The position numbers and the translations under genes were made by a program. Positions 55,925-64,000 of a DNA stretch of 64,000 nucleotides are shown one piece after another. Source of the DNA: the human T2T-CHM13v2.0 reference genome, Homo sapiens; NCBI RefSeq assembly GCF_009914755.1, contig NC_060935.1; one strand, 5' to 3'. The notes beneath the pieces were generated by a model that was not told the origin of the DNA, searched no databases, and was given only the letters and a program-made list of their open reading frames with translations. Within the stretch, counting starts at the first letter, position 1. Each line of letters opens with the position of its first letter.

Positions 55925-56634
55925 AGTTAAACAAAACATACTAGTAAAATGTATTTTATCTTTTTATTCTGACTTTTTACAAAATGAACTTCTAGGATGT
56001 TTTAAATTGCCCGTGTGTCTGCATTATATGTCTATTGGGCAATGCTGATCTAGCATTTACCTTTGCAAAATACTTTCAATAGTCATAGTTTTAATAATAC
56101 TGTGAGATGCATTGAAATGTTTAAAAACACTTTTCTTATGATTTTAAATTGCTAAAAACCACCTGAGTCCTGAATGAGGTCTGAATCAATGTAGTAGATT
56201 ATTTTGGTCAGAAATACAACCTCATAAATTTGTATCCCTAGGCTAGTCAAGTTTACTGTTTATCGGTTGGTTAAATAAAGTAGATGCTGGTTATCATTGC
56301 TTACTTTTGTGTGGACTAAGATGGAATGTGTATAATTTTTCTTCCTACAAATGCAAAAACAGAATACAATTTGTTACAATTATCTATTTGACATGCACAT
56401 TACACTGCCATGGAATCTGTGAGTTTTCAAATAGGTGGCAAAATACTGAAATGTAAAATTGTACACTTTCTATTCTTCATCTGAGAAGGCTTTCCTTGAG
56501 AAGATGTCTTCAAAGATGGGCTTTACATAATCAGGTAATGCTTTCTGGCACAAAATGAATCAGAAAAGTTTAGAGAAGGAAACAAGAAAGAAGATCGATG
56601 ACTTCAGCTCTAGGAGAAAATAACCGAAAATAGC

Positions 56635-56795
56635 GCCTCTCAAATGTTAATGCACTCACAAATCATGTGAGAATCCCACTAAAATGTAGATCCTCACTCA
56701 GCAGGTGTGAGGTAGGGCCTGAGACTGTGCATTGCTAAAAAAATCTCTGAGTGATACTGCTACTACTGGTTCATAGACCACACTGTGTAGCACAA
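56635..56795. mobile_element. MER5A-like hAT element
   Basis: ctctcaaatgttaatgcac...aaaatgtagatcc...gggcctgagactgtgcatt...gaccacact. Confidence 0.6.
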
Positions 56796-58328
56796 ACCTA
56801 AACCACAGAAATGTTTTAGAAAGTGAGAACACAGGAAAAAGAAACCTCACAGGCTTGAGAAGAGGGAAGAACAGTGCAGGACACTAGAATAAAACAAGGA
56901 ACATGAGCAGAATAAGACATTTTACTTGGAGAGGGGGCCCAGTAGGAATTAGGGGGCATGCAGGAGAATTAAATATAAGAGTGGTCAGTGTGTTTGTAAC
57001 ACTCAGGACAGATTTTAAAACATGCTTTAAAAAACCCATGATATTAAAGACAAAAAACTGAGCATATAGGTTTTTTGAACATTACTTCGATAAGCCTCTG
57101 TGACTAGACTACACACATGAATGCTAACTGGTAAGGAGTAATGGGAAAGGAAGACTCCGGGTATTTCTGTAACAGGCAAAGAGCAATTGGACACTCACTT
57201 TTGCACGTGATCCTCCATCTCCATCATTTAGGACGAGAGAGGAGCAGATACAAAAGACACAGGTTCTGAAGAATGGGGAAGCCTGCTCAGAGAATAGCTG
57301 TTCAGTGCTCATGCAGCTTATTTGTTTTAAACTGTGAGAAGGATTTGGGAAATAAGGAGTCACCTGCATCCTGGGAACTCAAGCTGCCTATGGAAGTTTG
57401 GCTTGTCCTATTACAGCAGTAATATATTGGAAACAAGAAGACATGAACAGCTTATTAAATAGCCAGGTAGCTGGGCAGAATGAGAAAATGCAACCCTAGA
57501 CAATTGAGCCATTTGGGCAAATATGAGAGTCTGGAGTGAGCTCTGGGAGAGGCCCAACACTAAATAAAGGGTCAGCTTTCTCAGAGATAAGGCCATGATT
57601 GACCCCAGAATAGACGATTCCAAGATGTGTGCTATGTGGGAACCTCCAAGTGGCAACACAAACATCTGGGTTGCTTGCATTACCAGTAGTGGCAGCACTA
57701 GTGTGTTATATTGGACTCCATGGCCTTGGCGAGAGATGTAGCCTTAGCCTGGAGGATGGCCAGAGATCCAGAAGGTAGAAACAGTTTTGGGAAGTCTGCC
57801 ATTCTACTATCATCCAGCTTTTTACTCAAGTGTACGAATTAATTTCCCACCTGGAAATCAATGTATGATTAGATTAAAAATAGAACAAACACACAAATGA
57901 AAATATAGTTTTCTAAAATACATTCTGAGCCATGCTTGTGCTATAAAATGTTTTTAAAAAGTGTGAAGTTGGCCTATCACCAAGTAAGTTTGATAAATAT
58001 TGTATTTATATAGTCCTTCGGGAGGACTGAGGCATCCTCCAGTTACAAAACCAGTTTAACTATGTAATTCAGGATGTCTGAAGTCATATGATCCTCAGAT
58101 ACTTATTTAATGTAACACCTTTTAACATCTCCCTGGAATTATTCTTTTGCTGAACACCCTTGGAAACCTTGATGTAGAAAATTATAATTCACCTTAACAG
58201 TAGATACCTTCTCTATAGGAAATCCTGGAGGAAGAGTCAGCCTTTGGCAAATGTGTCACTAGCAAAAGTATTCTCATAGTCCTCAGCCTCAGTTTATGCA
58301 CCTACTTAACTAATTTGCTTTAAGAAAC

Positions 58329-58739
58329 TGTGGAGTCCTAATTAGGGAAGGGGAGTCAGGCTGGTGGGAGCAGGGAAAAGCAAAAAGAGAAAGCAGATGA
58401 GCTACAAGTCTGCCTTTCTTCATGGCCCAGGACACACAGCCCTCCTGCACAAATAACTCACAGTCTTCCTGCATCCAACTATCACCAGACACCTGCAAAT
58501 TAGCTCCCTGCAACCTTGGTGTTATCAGTACTGCACAAAGCCCTCTTCAACAAACAGCATAAATATCATCCTATAAAATTTTCAGCAAGGCTTTGTATCT
58601 TTGCAGTCAGCTTCTGCTGAGTAGCTCGTTGTCTCCCTGGCAACGTATTTTCCTACTTTCTCTAATTAGTCTGTCTTCCTTTACCTACAACTGTCTTGCT
58701 AAATTCTTTTACTCCAGTGGCTGGCATTTCTCCACAACA
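58329..58739 (+). mobile_element. ERV1-class solo LTR (MER83-like)
   Basis: TG...CA termini (tgtggagtcctaattaggg ... ccacaaca), TATAAAA at ~58572, near-identical flanks gaaac/gaaat. Confidence 0.75.
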
Positions 58740-59037
58740 GAAATCCCCTGGTTTTAAGCATTAGTTTTGTCTCTAACTCTGGAGTAAAAGGTTCTGTCGT
58801 TTGCTAAGAGAATTTGTTCCACTGGAGGGTATGGAAAAGTGTGTTTCTGGTTCCTAAAATCTATAGGTAGGTAGATGCTTACCGACTCCATTTCATCTGA
58901 GTGTTCACTTTTTGGTTTTCGTAACACAAAGTCAGTGTTTTCATAGATAGAAAACACTGATATTTGTTTTCTATAGAAACAAACACTGATAGAATTTGAC
59001 TTTTTCTCTCTCATCTCCACAGATTTCTCAGAGAAGA

Positions 59038-59982
59038 ATGGGTGTAAAAAACCATTCCACAGTGACTGAGTTTCTTCTTTCAGGATTAACTGAACAAGCA
59101 GAGCTTCAGCTGCCCCTCTTCTGCCTCTTCTTAGGAATTTACACAGTTACTGTGGTGGGAAACCTCAGCATGATCTCAATTATTAGGCTGAATCGTCAAC
59201 TTCATACCCCCATGTACTATTTCCTGAGTAGTTTGTCTTTTTTAGATTTCTGCTATTCTTCTGTCATTACCCCTAAAATGCTATCAGGGTTTTTATGCAG
59301 AGATAGATCCATCTCCTATTCTGGATGCATGATTCAGCTGTTTTTTTTCTGTGTTTGTGTTATTTCTGAATGCTACATGCTGGCAGCCATGGCCTATGAT
59401 CGCTACGTGGCCATCTGCAGCCCACTGCTCTACAAGGTCATCATGTCCCCTAGGGTCTGTTCTCTGCTGGTGGCTGCTGTCTTCTCAGTAGGTTTCACTG
59501 ATGCTGTGATCCATGGAGGTTGTATACTCAGGTTGTCTTTCTGTGGATCAAACATCATTAAACATTATTTCTGTGACATTGTCCCTCTTATTAAACTCTC
59601 CTGCTCCAGCACTTATATTGATGAGCTTTTGATTCTTGTCATTGGTGGATTTAACATGGTGGCCACAAGCCTAACAATCATTATTTCATATGCTTTTATC
59701 CTCACCAGCATCCTGCGCATCCACTCTAAAAAGGGCAGGTGCAAAGCGTTTAGCACCTGTAGCTCCCACCTGACAGCTGTTCTTATGTTTTATGGGTCTC
59801 TGATGTCCATGTATCTCAAACCTGCTTCTAGCAGTTCACTCACCCAGGAGAAAGTATCCTCAGTATTTTATACCACTGTGATTCCCATGTTGAATCCCTT
59901 GATATATAGTCTGAGGAACAATGAAGTAAAAAATGCTCTGATGAAACTTTTAAGAAGAAAAATATCTTTATCTCCAGGATAA
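59038..59982 (+). CDS. OR8D4: Olfactory receptor 8D4, intact 314-aa 7TM GPCR
   Basis: [14 protein letters not shown]..., [28 protein letters not shown] and [12 protein letters not shown] motifs. The ATG is 15 nt after the acceptor tttttctctctcatctccacag (AG at 59021-59022). The track's TTG start at 58996 is intronic. Confidence 0.95.
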   Translation: MGVKNHSTVTEFLLSGLTEQAELQLPLFCLFLGIYTVTVVGNLSMISIIRLNRQLHTPMYYFLSSLSFLDFCYSSVITPKMLSGFLCRDRSISYSGCMIQLFFFCVCVISECYMLAAMAYDRYVAICSPLLYKVIMSPRVCSLLVAAVFSVGFTDAVIHGGCILRLSFCGSNIIKHYFCDIVPLIKLSCSSTYIDELLILVIGGFNMVATSLTIIISYAFILTSILRIHSKKGRCKAFSTCSSHLTAVLMFYGSLMSMYLKPASSSSLTQEKVSSVFYTTVIPMLNPLIYSLRNNEVKNALMKLLRRKISLSPG

Positions 59983-60070
59983 ATATGCTCTTTATTAAGA
60001 TCTATTTCTGTATTCATAATCATGATTATATGTATATATTTATACCTTGACTATTTAAAAGTAATTTGAG

Positions 60071-60404
<334 letters not shown>

Positions 60405-61084
60405 TTAGATTAGTAAATATATGCACAGATAATTACATTAATAACATGTAAAACAACATATATGAAAGTGAAAAGTAAAAAATATTTTAAATTTAAAGTT
60501 AATACCTTTGCTGGGATTGAACAACAATTTTTATCTTTAGTTTCCTGAATCCAAGCCCAAAAGGAAATCATCATCATGGTGTACTGCATAGTCATATCAG
60601 AAGAAAACCACACCTAATTTCAAAAAAAATTGAGCAGCGTGATGGAAATTATTACAACAATTTTGTAATAACTGTGGGAGAATTTTTCTTGATTGTTTCT
60701 TATAAAGGGCTTCTTGAAAGCCAGTATTGTCTTACAGTGTAATGCAATGAAGAAGATTCAACAAAGGACTAAGCTAATATGGTCTCAGTATTTGGCAGCT
60801 GTTGATCCAAAAATAAGATTTAACAATGACTAGATGAAGAGATGATGTTTATAACCTTATTAAAATGTCTTGTTTTTTTTCAGCATGACCAGTATATGTG
60901 CAGTATTTTGTAACTTTCTGTTTGTTTCTTTTGAGTTGGTATTTTCTTTGTAAGCTGTAACTAGGTGTCTTTAATTTCCTCCACATGTTTTGAGATAAAG
61001 ATAATGAAAAAGCTTATGATTTTTAAGAATGAACCTATACAGTGAACCAAGATAGTATGCTGTATGGGGAATGTGATGTATTAG

Positions 61085-61870
61085 CTAATTCATTTGTTCA
61101 GCATATGCTTATCATGGACACCATGTGCCAGGCACTGTTCTGAGTGTTGGAATATTATGGTGAATATGATAGACAAGGTATCTCTTTACTTTTAGGGGGT
61201 GAAAAAGATGATAGATAATACAGAGGTAGTTCAGTGAACAAACATAATTATAGATAAGTCCTTTGGAAAAAATGAGTTATGTAATTTTCAGTGGTTCAAA
61301 TTCTACTCTCAATAGAGCTCTTTGAAGAAAGGACATTTGAAATGAAACCTAAATGAAGAAAAGGGTACAGTTATGCAGAAACCAGAAAGGCAGCGGCAAG
61401 TACAAAGTCGAAGGCTGGAACAAACTTGGCCATATTCAAGAAACGGAGAAGGCAGTATGGCAGACGGTCAGTGAGAGAGGGAGAAAAGGAACCAAAGGAG
61501 GTTGGATAAGTAGGCAAACTCTAGATCACTTAGGGAGTTTTAATTCTATCCTAAGTACAATGAGAAGCAATTGGAATGTTTCAAAAGCAGAGCGATGTAA
61601 TCTGTTTTACATTTGAAAAATATCTTCTGGTTATTGATTAGAAAATAGATAGATATTTATGTGTGTGTATGTTTGTGGGAAGGGTTAGATAGGGAAAGAT
61701 AGTGCTATTGGCCAGAGTGGAAGCAGAGAGGGTACTTTTGATGCTGTTAAACTTATTTTGGTAAGAAACAATGTGATTTTAGTTCCAGGAATAGCAGTAG
61801 AAATAAAAAAAAATAGATTCAAGATACATTTCTGACTGTGAATAAATAAGATTTGCTGTTGAATTGAAAG
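61085..61870. mobile_element. L2 LINE fragment
   Basis: attcatttgttcagcatatgcttat...atgtgccaggcactgttct..., typical of an L2 3' end. Confidence 0.6.
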
Positions 61871-62824
61871 TGTGATGCTTGAGGATGATATATTTTAATA
61901 AAGTTAAAATAAAAATTTCAAAATAAGGAAAATATAAACAATAAAAGTGAGTCAAGACCAGTCAAAATAAAAACACAGATGGATCATAAAATCCAAAGTA
62001 GTTGCAATGTTTGATCTTCATATCTGTCTGAGTTTCCAAGTAGCCAAAATTAACATAAATATAATAGTAGAGTTATACAGTTTTCAATGTATGTTAAACA
62101 ATGCTTATTATAAAGAAGCAAGCCTTTCAGTTATTCATAGTAAGCAAAGTTTTCTCATAAAGTAAAAATCACTTCTAACTCATTTTCTCTTCCCCAAAGA
62201 AACAAAAACAATTTACATGGAAATTTACATAGGAGTTACTGACAGATACCACTAGACAGAGCTTTTGCAAGAAGGAGAAAAGCTGTGTGTTTTTTATATA
62301 AAGTGCTTAATTTTTTGTGTGTGTTATATCTCCATTATGGGATGCCTCTCATGTTACTGATTAGTTAACAAGGACCTGAGATATTTTTCTACTTAGAAGA
62401 TTTTTCTGACTCCTGTTTAGAAGGTCAGTTAAGAAAATTAGGAGAGAGTAGGTAAGAAATGGTTTGACCGAGGGATGATACATAGGTGGGGTTACTGCAT
62501 TTACTCTTGTATGCATATCCATGGCAGGCATAACTTCTGCATTATGGGACTCCAAAAAATTCAGATGTGGTGTGGTCTTTTTTTTTTTTTTTAAACTCAG
62601 TGCTCAAGACTACCACTGTCATTTGACTAGCAATGACATATATAAAGAAATCTAATTTCCTTGGGGCTTTTACTAATTTTATATGCAGCTTATTCATTTT
62701 CAATACTTTTTCCAAGGCTGAGAGACTACATAATGATTTAGGAACAACATCCTAGCTAGGGCTAAAGAGTATTTGTTTTTTGTATGTTCTCTTTGCATAT
62801 ATTCCATTTAAAATTTTGAAGGTA

Positions 62825-64000
62825 GAAGGTGGAGCAAGAGGGTGGAATAGAAGCCTACATTCTTTGTCCCTCTCTGCTGTAACATCAAATTTTTAACAAC
62901 CATCTGCACACAGAAAAGCACCTTCACAAGAACCAAAAAGCAGGTGAGCAATCGCAGTACCTGGTGTTAACTTAATATCATGGAAAGTGGCATTGAGGAA
63001 GCCAGGAGAGACAATCTAGAATCACCATTGCCATCTTTCCTCTATTCCCTTGCAGTGGCTGTGAAGCATGTAGAATCTGTGCACTTTGGGGAGGGAGAGT
63101 ACAGCGACTGGGAGACTCGGCATTGAACTCAGTGCTGCCCTGTCAAAGCAGAGAATAAAGCCATGCTAGGCTCGGCCAGTGCCTGCACACAGAGGGACCA
63201 TTTGGACCAGCCCTAGCCAGAGAAGAATCACCCATCCCAGCACTCAGAACATGAGTTTCTTACCAAGCCTCACCACTGCAGACTGAAGTGCTCTATAGTC
63301 CTAGGTAAACTTGAAAGGCAGTCTAGGGCACAGGACTGTAATTCCTAAGCAACTGCTAGTGCTAGCGTGGGCTTCGAGCCAGTGAACTGGGGTGGCATGT
63401 GACCTAGGGAGACATCAGCTGGCATGGGTAAGGGAGGACTTGCACTATCCCTCCCCCAGCCCCAGGCAGTGCAGCTTGTAGCAATGAAAGTGACTCCTTC
63501 CTTCTGCTTAAGAGGCGGAGAGTGAAGAGTAAAGCAGACTTTGTCTTGCATCTTGGATATCAGCTCAGCCATAGTAGGATAGGGTACCAGGCAGAGTTGT
63601 GAGACCCCCATTCCTGGCCCTAGTTCCTGGATGACATTTCTAGACTCACCCTGGGCCAAAAGAGAGCCAGTGTCTTGAAGGAAAAGACCCAGTCCTGGCA
63701 GGATTCATCACCTGCTAACTAAAGAGACCTTGGTATTTGAATAACCAGCAGTGATACTCAGGGAATATGCCATGGGCCTTGGGCTCTGAGACATGCTAGC
63801 TTTAGGAGAGACTCAGCATATTCCCAGCTGTGGTGGCTACAATGAAAGTCTCCTGTTTGAGAAAAACAGAGGGAAGAGTAAAGAAACTTTTTATTGCACC
63901 CTAGTTACCAGCTTGGTTACAGTGAGATATAGCAACAAGCAGGCCCAAGTCCAGGCCTAGGCTCTTGGACAGCATATCTGGGCCTGCCCTGGGCTATAAG
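62825..64000 (+). mobile_element. L1MA-type LINE-1 5'UTR (runs off the window end)
   Basis: Starts gaaggtggagcaagagggtggaatagaagcc; contains the internal repeated blocks (gaagagtaaag...) seen in L1M 5' regions. Confidence 0.7.

Noticed and set aside
57411-57790. Hydrophobic minus-strand ORF faintly resembling an OR TM3 region
   Set aside because: No diagnostic OR motif can be aligned by eye; a tblastn or HMM search would be needed.
58996-59037. 14-aa N-terminal extension of OR8D4 from the ORF track
   Set aside because: It starts at TTG and spans the polypyrimidine tract and splice acceptor; the true start is ATG 59038.

Overview
This is primate, very probably human, genomic DNA from the chr11q24 olfactory-receptor cluster. 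It is AT-rich and dominated by transposable elements. Genes: a disrupted OR6M-subfamily pseudogene (- strand, ~14.45-15.32 kb), the four-coding-exon testis gene TMEM225 (- strand, 35898-38185, 225 aa reconstructed through canonical GT-AG junctions) and an intact single-coding-exon OR8D4 (+ strand, 59038-59982, 314 aa). A 5.75-kb HERV-H provirus sits at 18077-23826 with two LTR7s, CTATT target-site duplications (TSDs) and a perfect tRNA-His primer-binding site. The strongest unexplained structure is an apparent L1PA7-type 3' transduction at 25725-29198. A 5'-truncated L1 plus ~1.55 kb of foreign flank was polyadenylated at a captured THE1 LTR signal and inserted with 12-bp TSDs at a TT/AAAA site inside a MER4-family LTR. 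Other notable items are a duplicated CCAAT + DR1 module upstream of TMEM225, a young L1-derived 28-bp VNTR, a MADE1 (miR-548-like) hairpin, a templated local insertion, and a sense-oriented solo LTR just upstream of the OR8D4 coding exon. Gene and repeat family names come from recognition of the sequence, not from database searches. Almost all short ORFs in the supplied track are repeat-derived or random.
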